Below are positions 19,886 through 28,871 of a DNA stretch of 64,000 bases, one piece after another. The translations under genes were made by a program, and so were the position numbers. The notes beneath the pieces are model-generated. The model saw only the letters and a program-made list of their open reading frames with translations. It was not told the origin of the DNA and searched no databases. The stretch is from assembly GCA_963667015.2 (NCBI GenBank), contig CAXXJJ010000004.1, forward strand, positions 1,952,001-2,016,000, given 5' to 3'. The stretch's first letter is position 1, and each line of letters opens with the position of its first letter. The DNA is from Desulfatiglandales bacterium (GTDB lineage Bacteria > Desulfobacterota > DSM-4660 > Desulfatiglandales > HGW-15).

Positions 19886-20263
19886 ATGATTCAGAAACTT
19901 GCATTGCTGGCTCTGGCAGGTGGCATGGGATCTCTTGCCCGTTACGGACTGGCCGGATTTGTTCAAAGAACCACCGGTGTATCTTTTCCATGGGGAACAT
20001 TTGTCGTTAACATCTGCGCCTGTTTTATAGTAGGTATTTTATGGTCATTGTTTGAGAACAGATGGAGTATCTCGGGAGAGACAAGAACAATTGTGCTGGT
20101 AGGTTTTATGGGAGCCTTCAGCACCTTCTCAACTTTGATTTTTGAAACAGGTGATTTATTACGTTCTTCTGAATGGTTGTATGCAGCCGTTAATTTAACC
20201 ATCCACAACAGTCTGGGACTTCTCGCCCTTTTCATCGGGGCAGCACTCGGACGGATGATTTAA
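19886..20263 (+). CDS. crcB: Fluoride efflux channel Fluc
   Basis: GGMGSLARY, FPWGTFVVN, GFMGAFSTFST. Confidence 0.93.
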   Translation: MIQKLALLALAGGMGSLARYGLAGFVQRTTGVSFPWGTFVVNICACFIVGILWSLFENRWSISGETRTIVLVGFMGAFSTFSTLIFETGDLLRSSEWLYAAVNLTIHNSLGLLALFIGAALGRMI

Positions 20264-20277
20264 GGGAGAGTATAATA

Positions 20278-20622
20278 ATGGTAAAACTTCCATCTGAGGC
20301 ATCTCTATTACGAATTTTCATTGGTGAAAGCGACAAGGTCCATGGAAGACCTCTCAGTGAAATCATCGTGGAAAAGGCCAGGGAACTGGGCCTTGCAGGG
20401 GCCACGGTATTGCGGGGAATTCTGGGTTTCGGGGCAAACAGCCGGATACATACATCCAAGGTATTGCGTCTTTCAGAAGACCTCCCGCTTGTAATTGAGA
20501 TCGTAGACGAAGAAGAGAAGATCAATACCCTGCTGCCGGAACTGGACAAGGTTATAGGCGAGGGGTTGATAACCCTTGAAAAGGTCAGGGTAATAGCCTA
20601 CCGCCATGGTCCAAAGGCTTAA
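20278..20622 (+). CDS. DUF190 (PII-like) protein, common crcB neighbour
   Basis: LRIFIGESDK, AGATVLRGILGFG, LSEDLPLVIEIVD. Confidence 0.92.
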   Translation: MVKLPSEASLLRIFIGESDKVHGRPLSEIIVEKARELGLAGATVLRGILGFGANSRIHTSKVLRLSEDLPLVIEIVDEEEKINTLLPELDKVIGEGLITLEKVRVIAYRHGPKA

Positions 20623-20628
20623 ACGGTC

Positions 20629-20654
20629 GGGCACAGGGGCCTGCCCTTCTTTCT
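20629..20654 (+). terminator. Probable terminator after the DUF190 gene
   Basis: GGGCA-CAGGGGCC-TGCCC followed by TTCTTTCT. Confidence 0.45.
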
Positions 20655-20862
20655 GATATTTATTCACTCTAATCTGAATACAACAAAATTTATTCCTTCT
20701 AAGGTATAACGAACTAAAAATTTACCAGAAGCCCGCATTCATAGCCTTACCGAGTTGACAAAATATCAATGTTAGGATACACAATAACTCGTTTTGCTTC
20801 CGTTTTGTACTTACCCGTTCCATAGTTTTAGTAACACACTTCTTCGTTAAGGAGGTAATTGA

Positions 20863-22335
20863 ATGTCAACATCTTTGATCATCGCAATTGCGTATTTCCT
20901 TATCCTCAGCCTCGGCACAAGTTTATTTTTAGGCAGAAAGGTAAAATCAGGCACCGACCTGGTAACAGGCAGCAGTAAACTGCCATGGCCCCTTGTTACA
21001 GCGGCTTTCGTCCTTGCCCCTCTTGGAAGCGGACATACCTTTGCCCTGTGGGAGGCTCAGGCAGGTTTAGGCGCGTCTGTCTTATGGTGGGGAATAATAG
21101 GAGGCGGCATCTTTGTGCCCCTGTTTTTACTCTGGTTCGGCCCCTGGTTCCGCCAGTTAAATGTCCAGACTTTTCCGGAAGGGATAGGAAAAATCTTTGG
21201 AGAAAATATCGGATGGCTGATAGCAGCGGTTTTCCCTGTTCAGCTGATCGGTATCTGTATTGCAGAAGTGCTTGCGACTGCTGCTGCCTTCTGGACCCTT
21301 GGGGGTGAAGCAATTTCCTATTCAGCCTGCATTTTCCTGGCTGTTGGCTTTACAATTATCTACATTGTTGTAGCAGGTCTCATGCAGGTAGCCTGGATGA
21401 ATATGTTTAATGCAATCATGCTTATTCTGGGTTCCTTCTCGGCTGTTGTTGCCACCAGCTTCTGGCTTGCGGGACGTGGCGGCTGGGAGGCTATAGCCCA
21501 GACTTACGCATCAGAAGGTATGCCATGGAAGATAAGTATAACGAATTTTTCTCCTGACGTTATCTTCGGATTTATCATTCCCTGCCTGTTCCTTCTAATA
21601 TTCATGTGCAGCGCTTCCCAGGCCCAGTATCAGCCAATGCTCCTGGCTAAATCTGATTCGGATGTACGAAAGGGTATTTTCTTTGCTTCCTTTATAAACA
21701 GCATGGTTACATATCCATGGGTTATCCTTGGCCTGGTTGCCATGTCTATACCTGTTGTGGCATCAGCCGGTGCTAAGCTTTGTGTACCCAAACTGGCATT
21801 AATGGCCCTTCCACCCTGGATGGTTGGAATTCTGATGATATCGCTCCTTTCTGCTACACTATCCACCACTTCCCAGCTGATCCTGGCCTCATCCCACATG
21901 ATTGTTCATGACATCTTCAGGAAGGCGGTCAATCCGGAGATGAGTGATAAGACCTTTTTGATACTCACCAGGATAATGATTTTTGTCTGTGCGGTACTGG
22001 TGATTATCCCCGCTTTAATAATTGGAACACAAACTATCATGGGGATTTTCTTCTGGACATTCGCCTTTGGAATACCGGTATTCGGGGTCTATTTAATTGG
22101 AATGCTGTGGAAAGTCAGCAAGACTGCTGTATGGATTACCATGATAGCCGGATATGGTGCAAATTTTCTGTGGACATTTGCCCCTGATCTTATTTGGCTA
22201 CCTCCCCAGATGCAGTCAAATCCGGCAGTATATGCAACCATTTTAGCCACGCTGATCTTCGGTATTGTTCTCAACCTTATCCTGCCCGGAAAACCGGGAT
22301 ACCTGCGACAGATGAAGGCAGCGGGACAAAATTAG
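20863..22335 (+). CDS. Sodium:solute symporter (SSS) family transporter
   Basis: About 13 TM segments, LPWPLV...LGSGHT, AGLMQVAWMN, LLSATLSTTSQLILASSHMIVHDIF; AGGAGG RBS. Confidence 0.88.
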   Translation: MSTSLIIAIAYFLILSLGTSLFLGRKVKSGTDLVTGSSKLPWPLVTAAFVLAPLGSGHTFALWEAQAGLGASVLWWGIIGGGIFVPLFLLWFGPWFRQLNVQTFPEGIGKIFGENIGWLIAAVFPVQLIGICIAEVLATAAAFWTLGGEAISYSACIFLAVGFTIIYIVVAGLMQVAWMNMFNAIMLILGSFSAVVATSFWLAGRGGWEAIAQTYASEGMPWKISITNFSPDVIFGFIIPCLFLLIFMCSASQAQYQPMLLAKSDSDVRKGIFFASFINSMVTYPWVILGLVAMSIPVVASAGAKLCVPKLALMALPPWMVGILMISLLSATLSTTSQLILASSHMIVHDIFRKAVNPEMSDKTFLILTRIMIFVCAVLVIIPALIIGTQTIMGIFFWTFAFGIPVFGVYLIGMLWKVSKTAVWITMIAGYGANFLWTFAPDLIWLPPQMQSNPAVYATILATLIFGIVLNLILPGKPGYLRQMKAAGQN

Positions 22336-22380
22336 AATATTACTGTAAACCTAATTATATTTTAGAAAAGGAGACAAAAA

Positions 22381-22488
22381 ATGGCATGGCCCTGGAAAAT
22401 TTTACTATTTCAACTTCTGGCGACATTTGGATTTGCCATTGTTATTTATATTATATGGAGACTGAGCCACCCCGGTAAAAAATGGTAG
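22381..22488 (+). CDS. 35-aa single-TM microprotein (not in the ORF track)
   Basis: MAWPWKILLFQLLATFGFAIVIYIIWRLSHPGKKW*; RBS context AAGGAGACAAAAA-ATG. Confidence 0.7.
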   Translation: MAWPWKILLFQLLATFGFAIVIYIIWRLSHPGKKW

Positions 22489-22521
22489 GTCAGTGAACAA
22501 AAGGAATAAGGAGACAACGTA

Positions 22522-22641
22522 ATGACTACAACAACATTAGGTCCATCGATCGCTATTTATCTGTGCGGAATAATGATAGTTCTGGGCATTATTATTGTGG
22601 CAGGTCTGATCAGACAAAAAGCAGGAAAAAATAAAAAATAA
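22522..22641 (+). CDS. 39-aa single-TM microprotein (not in the ORF track)
   Basis: MTTTTLGPSIAIYLCGIMIVLGIIIVAGLIRQKAGKNKK*; RBS context AAGGAGACAACGTA-ATG. Confidence 0.72.
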   Translation: MTTTTLGPSIAIYLCGIMIVLGIIIVAGLIRQKAGKNKK

Positions 22642-22669
22642 TTTTACTTGTATAAAGCAGGTTTAACTT

Positions 22670-22721
22670 TAAAAGGATACTTCAGGGAATATTTATACAT
22701 CTGTTGTATCCTTTTATTTTT
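22670..22721 (+). terminator. Probable terminator closing the SSS + microprotein unit
   Basis: TAAAAGGATAC (22670-22680) / GTATCCTTTTA (22706-22716) inverted repeat followed by a T-run. Confidence 0.55.
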
Positions 22722-22738
22722 AAAGAGGTCACGCAGAA

Positions 22739-23233
22739 TTGCTTGAGAATGAAATATTAAAAGCCAAAGAATACTTTGATATCTATGGTAAAGGCATACT
22801 CGAAGACAAAGAGATATCAATCCTTATCAATCAATACAAAGACGCCATTGGATATACATGGAAAACAATGGAAACCCTTGAAGTTACTGAATCCTGCAGT
22901 GAGTGTGCAGCAGGAGAACCGGGCGGCTGCTGCTTCCAGGAGGTAGAGACATGGTATACAGATGTTCAGATTTTAATAAATATGCTAATGGGAGTAAATA
23001 TCCCCAAGACTCGAATGTACAGCAACAGCTGCATGTTTGTAGGAGATAAAGGATGCAGATTGCTGTCCAGAAATGCCTTCTGCATCAATTTTTTATGTGA
23101 TAAGATTAAAACACGTATTTCAGTAGAGGAAATAAATACTCTTAATTCTGCGGCAGGTAAGGAAATAGACCTGGGTATCAGGCTGGAGAATGCGGTAACA
23201 GGGTGGCTTTCGGCAAATAGAGAGATCAAATGA
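22739..23233 (+). CDS. Cysteine-cluster protein (YkgJ-like CxxC..CC...C..C..C..C pattern)
   Basis: [15 protein letters not shown] and [27 protein letters not shown] start; ATGA overlap with zupT. Confidence 0.7.
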   Translation: MLENEILKAKEYFDIYGKGILEDKEISILINQYKDAIGYTWKTMETLEVTESCSECAAGEPGGCCFQEVETWYTDVQILINMLMGVNIPKTRMYSNSCMFVGDKGCRLLSRNAFCINFLCDKIKTRISVEEINTLNSAAGKEIDLGIRLENAVTGWLSANREIK

Positions 23234-24132
23234 ACAATGTACTAATAGCACTGGGACTGACAGTACTCGCAGGCATGGCCACAGGTATCGGGAGCGCAAT
23301 TGCCTTCTTTGCGAAAAAGAACAATTACCGGTTTCTATCAGTTTCAACCGGTTTTTCAGCCGGCGTTATGCTTTATGTTTCATTTGTTGAAATATTTTAC
23401 AAGGGCCTTGATACACTTGTAAACCAGTATGGAGAACGATTAGGCAACTGGATAAATGTGGCATCTTTTTTTGGAGGGATGCTACTGATAGGTATCATTG
23501 ACAAACTTATTCCCGCTGCAGAAAATCCGCATGAGGTTCATTCCGAAATAGAAAAGGCCTATGTAAAAGATCCTTCAGCACCTGTCCCCTATACCGGAAA
23601 ACTTGGGGACGAATTTTACGACGAAAACATGGGTGTACATGACCACAGCCCGGGACACACAAGACTAATGCGTATGGGAATGTTTACCGCCCTTGCCATT
23701 GGCATCCATAACTTTCCCGAAGGGCTCGCAACCTTTCTTGCGGCCTTAAATGACCCATCTCTGGGCATAGCAATTGCCGTAGCAATTGCCCTCCACAACA
23801 TACCTGAAGGAATCAGTGTTTCGGTTCCCATTTTCTATGCAACTGGCAACAGAAAAAAGGCCTTCATTCTATCCCTGTTAAGCGGTCTGGCTGAACCGGT
23901 TGGCGCCATATCAGTATACCTGGTTCTCCGCTTTTTCTGGGGCTGGCATACCTCTATGATTCCCCAGAGCCTTGTGGCAATTGTATTCGGTGGTGTCGCA
24001 GGCATTATGGTCTATATCAGCCTTGATGAACTGATTCCCACAAGCAGGGCATACGGCAAGGGGCATGACTGCATCATTGGACTGGTGGCGGGAATGCTGG
24101 TTATGGCCTTGAGTTTACTTATGTTTAAATAG
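23230..24132 (+). CDS. zupT: ZIP-family divalent metal transporter
   Basis: [52 protein letters not shown]. Confidence 0.93.
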   Translation: MNNVLIALGLTVLAGMATGIGSAIAFFAKKNNYRFLSVSTGFSAGVMLYVSFVEIFYKGLDTLVNQYGERLGNWINVASFFGGMLLIGIIDKLIPAAENPHEVHSEIEKAYVKDPSAPVPYTGKLGDEFYDENMGVHDHSPGHTRLMRMGMFTALAIGIHNFPEGLATFLAALNDPSLGIAIAVAIALHNIPEGISVSVPIFYATGNRKKAFILSLLSGLAEPVGAISVYLVLRFFWGWHTSMIPQSLVAIVFGGVAGIMVYISLDELIPTSRAYGKGHDCIIGLVAGMLVMALSLLMFK

Positions 24133-24157
24133 CAGGTATGGAGATTCGGGATAGATA

Positions 24158-25498
24158 ATGACAACACCCCCTACCTACGAGGAACTGTTAGCAAAGGTCA
24201 GTGAACTGGAAACAGAAATAGCCAGATCCAGGCTTATTGAAGAGGCTTTAAAGAAGAGTGAGGAATTCAGCTCCAGTCTGCTGGAAAACTCTCCTGATGC
24301 AATAATTGTCTACAATCCTGATACCTCGGTAAAATATGTAAATCCATCATTCGAAGAGATTTCAGGCTATTCTTCCGAAGAGGCGCTCGGCACAAAAGTC
24401 CCGTATCCCTGGTGGATCGATGACCCGATGTACGGAACCATTAAGCACAGGGAAAAACAGGGGCTGGATGGAATTTACAGGTCAGAAAGGAGATACAGAA
24501 AAAAGAACGGTGATACGTTCTATGTTGAGATCAATGTCACGCCTATTTTTCACGAGGGCAAATTAAGCTATTCCTTTTCAACATGGACCGATATTAAGGA
24601 ACGCAAGAAATCTGAACATGAATTGAAAAAAAGTTCACTCATTATTGATTCAACCTCGGATGCTATAATAACAACTGATATAAAGGGTAACATTATTTTA
24701 TGGAACAGTGGCGCTGAACATATTTATGGATACAGTAAAGAAGAGGTAGAGGGAAAACCGATCAGCATCCTTTACAAGGGTAATAATTTAAATATCCTTA
24801 GAAATATTATTTCGGAATTATTTAAGGGCAATGATATTTCCAGCATGGAGCTTACAAGCAGAGGCAAAAAGGGGAACGATATTCATATTCTTTTATCTCT
24901 GACAACAATCAAAGACGAGTATGGCAACATTATTGAGCTTGTGGGCCTGACAAAAGACATCACAAAACGTAAAAAAATGGAAAATGCCCTGAAAAAAAAC
25001 CGGGATAAGCTGGAAGAACGTGTCAGGGAGCGCACCACGGAATTAAATCAATCCAATAAAGAGCTATATGAAAAAACGCTAGGTCTTGAAGAGGTTAATA
25101 CAGCGCTGACCGTCCTGCTCGAAAGGAGAGGAAGGGACAGGGAAGAGAATGAAGAAAAAATAGTGATGAATGTAAAAGAATTTTTACTCCCCTATGTTAT
25201 AAAATTGAAAAAAGGACCTTTGACTGAAAATCAAAAAAATTATGTAGAGCTCCTGGAGGCGGGGCTGCATAATATTATTTCGCCCTTTGCTCATAAACTT
25301 ACCTCCAGACACATGCATATTACACCGGCAGAAATGCAGGTAGTAAACCTTGTTAAAGAGGGTAAAACATCCAAGGAGATAGCAGAAATTCTAAACTCCA
25401 CAGAAAGGGCGGTAATAGCTCACAGGTTAAATTTCAGAAAAAAACTTAAACTTGATCGCAAAACTAATCTCAGGACCTATTTATTATCTTTTAAATGA
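24158..25498 (+). CDS. PAS-PAS-LuxR-type HTH transcriptional regulator
   Basis: Two PAS/PAC units, a coiled coil, C-terminal ITPAEMQVVNLVKEGKTSKEIAEIL...HRLNFRKKL. Confidence 0.9.
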   Translation: MTTPPTYEELLAKVSELETEIARSRLIEEALKKSEEFSSSLLENSPDAIIVYNPDTSVKYVNPSFEEISGYSSEEALGTKVPYPWWIDDPMYGTIKHREKQGLDGIYRSERRYRKKNGDTFYVEINVTPIFHEGKLSYSFSTWTDIKERKKSEHELKKSSLIIDSTSDAIITTDIKGNIILWNSGAEHIYGYSKEEVEGKPISILYKGNNLNILRNIISELFKGNDISSMELTSRGKKGNDIHILLSLTTIKDEYGNIIELVGLTKDITKRKKMENALKKNRDKLEERVRERTTELNQSNKELYEKTLGLEEVNTALTVLLERRGRDREENEEKIVMNVKEFLLPYVIKLKKGPLTENQKNYVELLEAGLHNIISPFAHKLTSRHMHITPAEMQVVNLVKEGKTSKEIAEILNSTERAVIAHRLNFRKKLKLDRKTNLRTYLLSFK

Positions 25499-25557
25499 AA
25501 TACCCCGCCATAAGAGACGAGGTATTAGACCTTGGGCTTCGCAATCAGACTATCCTA

Positions 25558-27231
25558 TTAATACCTTTCATACTCAGGAACAACATTCTTATATTTATCA
25601 ACAAGGGCATCCCAGTTTTCCGGCAGCTCTATTTTTTGTATTTCCTTTTTCCCGGGGGTTGCACCGCCTCCCACAAGATGGGCAATCCATGCACCTGGTC
25701 CCCCGGCCACGATTATCCTGATAAAGCGGGGATCATCAATAAGGGGTGCCATACCCTCATCATTGACAGGTATATCCTTTATTCCCTGTGCCCCGAGTGG
25801 TCCCATCTTCATTAATTCTGCCATTTTTGCAACAGGAACAACCCTGTTTTCGACTATATATTTTCTTATCCTGTCTTTATCATACCCCTCACGCATGAGG
25901 TTCTTTGCATGGGTTGGGGTAATGATAATATTATAGCGCATCCCCCGCGGCATATAATCCACTATGGCACGCAGTATTCCATCAGCATCCGAGGTGTAGG
26001 GAATGTGCTGGCAGTAACTGTTTGGAAAGGAAAGGGTAATTGTACTGTCTTCCCTTTTAAAGCCGAGTTCAACATGTAATGGCTCCCATGGAGTCTCTTT
26101 ATCGTTTTCAGAAATGACAAGAGAGTATTTCATGGGATTTCCCATGGTTCCCATATCTTCCACGCCTTTTCGGACTCCTCCCAGGTTTTTTATGATCAGC
26201 CCCATTGCCCTGCCGATGACCGCATTGGCAATGTTTCCGGGACTGAGAGCACCTGAACCGTTGTTGATATTTATCTGCTCAGCAATGGGGCCGTTAATTA
26301 CCCAGAATGGGGCCCATGATCCTGTGCTGAATCCAAAGGTTGTATACCCGCTGAAACCCTGTTCCGATTCCAGCAGGTTAATGGCAGCGGCAATCAGAAC
26401 CGGCATATAGGTAGGCAGACAGCCTGCCATGACTGCATTTATAGCGATTTTTTCGATTGTGACCTTGCCGTAGCGGGACTGAAGTTTACCTAAAAAATGG
26501 TCCGGCGGAAGATCGGTGCCGGTAAGCATTTCAGCCACTGCTTCTTCTGTGGGAGGGATAATGGGCATACCGTCTGTCCATCCGCTCCCGTAAAAATACC
26601 TGTTTACCTCTTCGATACTTCCTTTAAAAATAATCCCTTCCTGTGCTGATAATTCCCTCTGTGCCGGAGATCTTTCTTCATCGCTCAATGGACTAACAAG
26701 GGCATCAATTATTTTATCGATTACCTCGTCAATACCTGCCTCTATATCAAATATAATACTTGATTCACAGGGGACACTGGTGGGGATATATCGCAAACCG
26801 GGCATTCCCTTGGCCCTTGATGCCGATTCCGCGTCATTCACAAAACCGCAGTTTATAAGTGAAACGGTGGGGATATTTCTTTCCTCAATAGTAATCCCTT
26901 CATACAGAAGGTATTTTGTACAGGAGCCTCAATCCCCGTATGCAGAAATGACCGTATCGACCTCATCCAGCCATTTTTCGAAATCTTCCTTATTATCAGT
27001 AGCGATTGCCAGCTCATTTGCCCTGATGTTATAAAACCATGAAAAACCGGCATCCGGGTATTTCTTTTTTAGCCTGTCTTGAACCACCTTAAGAGTTGGC
27101 TCGGCTGTGCGCTTTGAATTTACCAGAAGCCCGATCTTTTTGCCTGAAAGATCAGATATCCTCTCACTGATGCCCCGCCATGGTATCGTATCAGCCTCCG
27201 CCCACGGACTTAAAACCTCAAATGAGCTCAT
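25558..27231 (-). CDS. UGSC-family selenoprotein, 557 aa (Sec101 in U-G-S-C), fused to a conserved C-terminal domain; split by the ORF track into 26929-27231 and 25558-26841
   Basis: Frame continues through TGA (26929-26931): ISAYGD-U-GSCTKYLLYEGITIEERNIPTVSLINCGFVNDAESASRAKGMPGLR, with no other stop until 25558. Confidence 0.88.
26893..26915 (-). promoter_or_regulatory. Putative bacterial SECIS hairpin
   Basis: Minus strand AAT-A-CCTTC-TGTAT-GAAGG-G-ATT; apical loop starts 22 nt after the UGA and has G at loop position 2. Confidence 0.6.
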
Positions 27232-27413
27232 TTGTTCCTCCCTTGATCATTCATGAATAGAATTTTTCACAATCAAATCATATATCAAAGATATAAATTA
27301 TAGCATATCATTTTTTATATTTCAGCCTTCTTTAATTCATATGAACGGGATCAAAAACAGGTGGAAATCAGAAGGTGGATACAAAGAGGTGATTGTGCTC
27401 GCAATAATACGAA

Positions 27414-28871
27414 TCAGAATGTTGAGACTCCGCTAAATTCAAGGAATCTGGAAAAAAACATTTTAAAAGCGGAATCATCCTCATAGCGTGAATAATCCGA
27501 TGTATAACCCTGTCCATTCCAGATCCGATTAAAATATTCACCTACCTCAATAATGGTTCTGTTATCCTCCGGAGCTGAATAACACACATCCAGCTCAAGG
27601 TTATAGTTATCAAGATTTCTCCTGGTAAGGTTTGCAGAACCAAGAATCGCTACAGCTGGATATCCTCTGTTTACAATTAATGTAACCTTGCTGTGATACT
27701 GTTCACCGTGTGTGTCATACCACCTGATCTTAATTTTCCCATCTGATTTTTCTATCAGTTCACGGGCCGTCTGGCGGTTCGGGATGCCGTTTTTCTGCCT
27801 GCCGAAGGCATCCTTATTAGGATCAAGTATAATCCTTACACCTACACCTCTATCTGCTGCCCTGATAAGGGATTTAACAATATTTCGGTCAGATAGGTAA
27901 AACATGCCCATATCAATCCTGTCGCCCTGAAGTGACCTCTCTATATTTTCGAGAAGAGCCTTTTCGATCCTGTTTTCAGTCAAAAGGACAACACTGCATT
28001 TTTTATCACCCTCTTTCTTCGGATCTTCCTGGCTGTTGAGATCAAAACCAGAAAGTGAGGTTCCTGAAAATTCAGCAACAGCCTTTTCAGCCTTTATTAA
28101 CTCATTTCCAAAATCACCTGTTATTTCAAAGGCTACATTTGAATGTGCAGAACTTCCATCATGCGGATTGGCAGATGTTACAATGCTTTTAAAGGTACTG
28201 CCATGGTCGCAGACAAACAGCTTTCTATGATTTGCCTTAAAATTTAAAAGTTCAAGATAGGAGCGTAAAGACACCCCCTCTTCCTTTCCTGAAAAGGGAT
28301 TGGGGAGAAACCCGCCTCTGGAATTGCCGAACCACTGGAAAAAGAGTCTCCATACCGGAGAATAAAGCAGATTACTGTCCCTCAGTTTATGAAGATCGGT
28401 AAGGATCACGTTGACACCAGCTGCCTTGAGAAAATCAATTTCCTTTGACCTGGAGCCCCCATAGACCGTATTTATGGGATCGGTAATAAAATCTATTTTT
28501 ATATCAGGATGCTCTTTCTTTTTATTTACAAGGTGCTGGACAAGCTGATATGCGACATTTCGATGAACTGTATCTTCACTGCCGGTATACGAGTTAAAGA
28601 GAAACATATCCAGGAGAATATACTTTTCAGCTCTGTCGATAAGTGAAAATATCCGGTTGAATATTTTCTGATCAGTAAATTTGTTCCGGGAGGCGTCTTC
28701 ATAAGTGAGGTCGTATATAAACTCGATATTGTCAGGGCGGATGATATATTCGCTGCTGCGATATTCTGTACCTTCGGGATTTTTCCTGAAAAAATTATAG
28801 GAAACCGCAACAAGATAGAGAACCAGCAGCAGAAGAATTATTTTTTTTATTTTACTAATGGCTTTCAACAT
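27414..28871 (-). CDS. Phospholipase D family protein with an N-terminal membrane anchor
   Basis: HRKLFVCD (HKD1) with TSANPHD, HSKVTLIVN (variant HKD2) with GSANLTRRN. Confidence 0.87.
   Translation of the reverse strand: MLKAISKIKKIILLLLVLYLVAVSYNFFRKNPEGTEYRSSEYIIRPDNIEFIYDLTYEDASRNKFTDQKIFNRIFSLIDRAEKYILLDMFLFNSYTGSEDTVHRNVAYQLVQHLVNKKKEHPDIKIDFITDPINTVYGGSRSKEIDFLKAAGVNVILTDLHKLRDSNLLYSPVWRLFFQWFGNSRGGFLPNPFSGKEEGVSLRSYLELLNFKANHRKLFVCDHGSTFKSIVTSANPHDGSSAHSNVAFEITGDFGNELIKAEKAVAEFSGTSLSGFDLNSQEDPKKEGDKKCSVVLLTENRIEKALLENIERSLQGDRIDMGMFYLSDRNIVKSLIRAADRGVGVRIILDPNKDAFGRQKNGIPNRQTARELIEKSDGKIKIRWYDTHGEQYHSKVTLIVNRGYPAVAILGSANLTRRNLDNYNLELDVCYSAPEDNRTIIEVGEYFNRIWNGQGYTSDYSRYEDDSAFKMFFSRFLEFSGVSTF

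Noticed and set aside
19860..19886. Fluoride riboswitch before crcB
   Set aside because: Only 19 nt intergenic and no GGxGATGG core
22194..22478. 94-aa ORF overlapping the end of the symporter
   Set aside because: Out-of-frame overlap without an RBS; the RBS at ~22368 fits the 35-aa ORF at 22381
25452..25815. Plus-strand ORFs after the LuxR gene, and the imperfect AATACC...GGTATT hairpin at ~25499-25526
   Set aside because: The ORFs are antisense shadows of the selenoprotein gene; the hairpin is too degenerate to call beyond a possible terminator or repeat remnant
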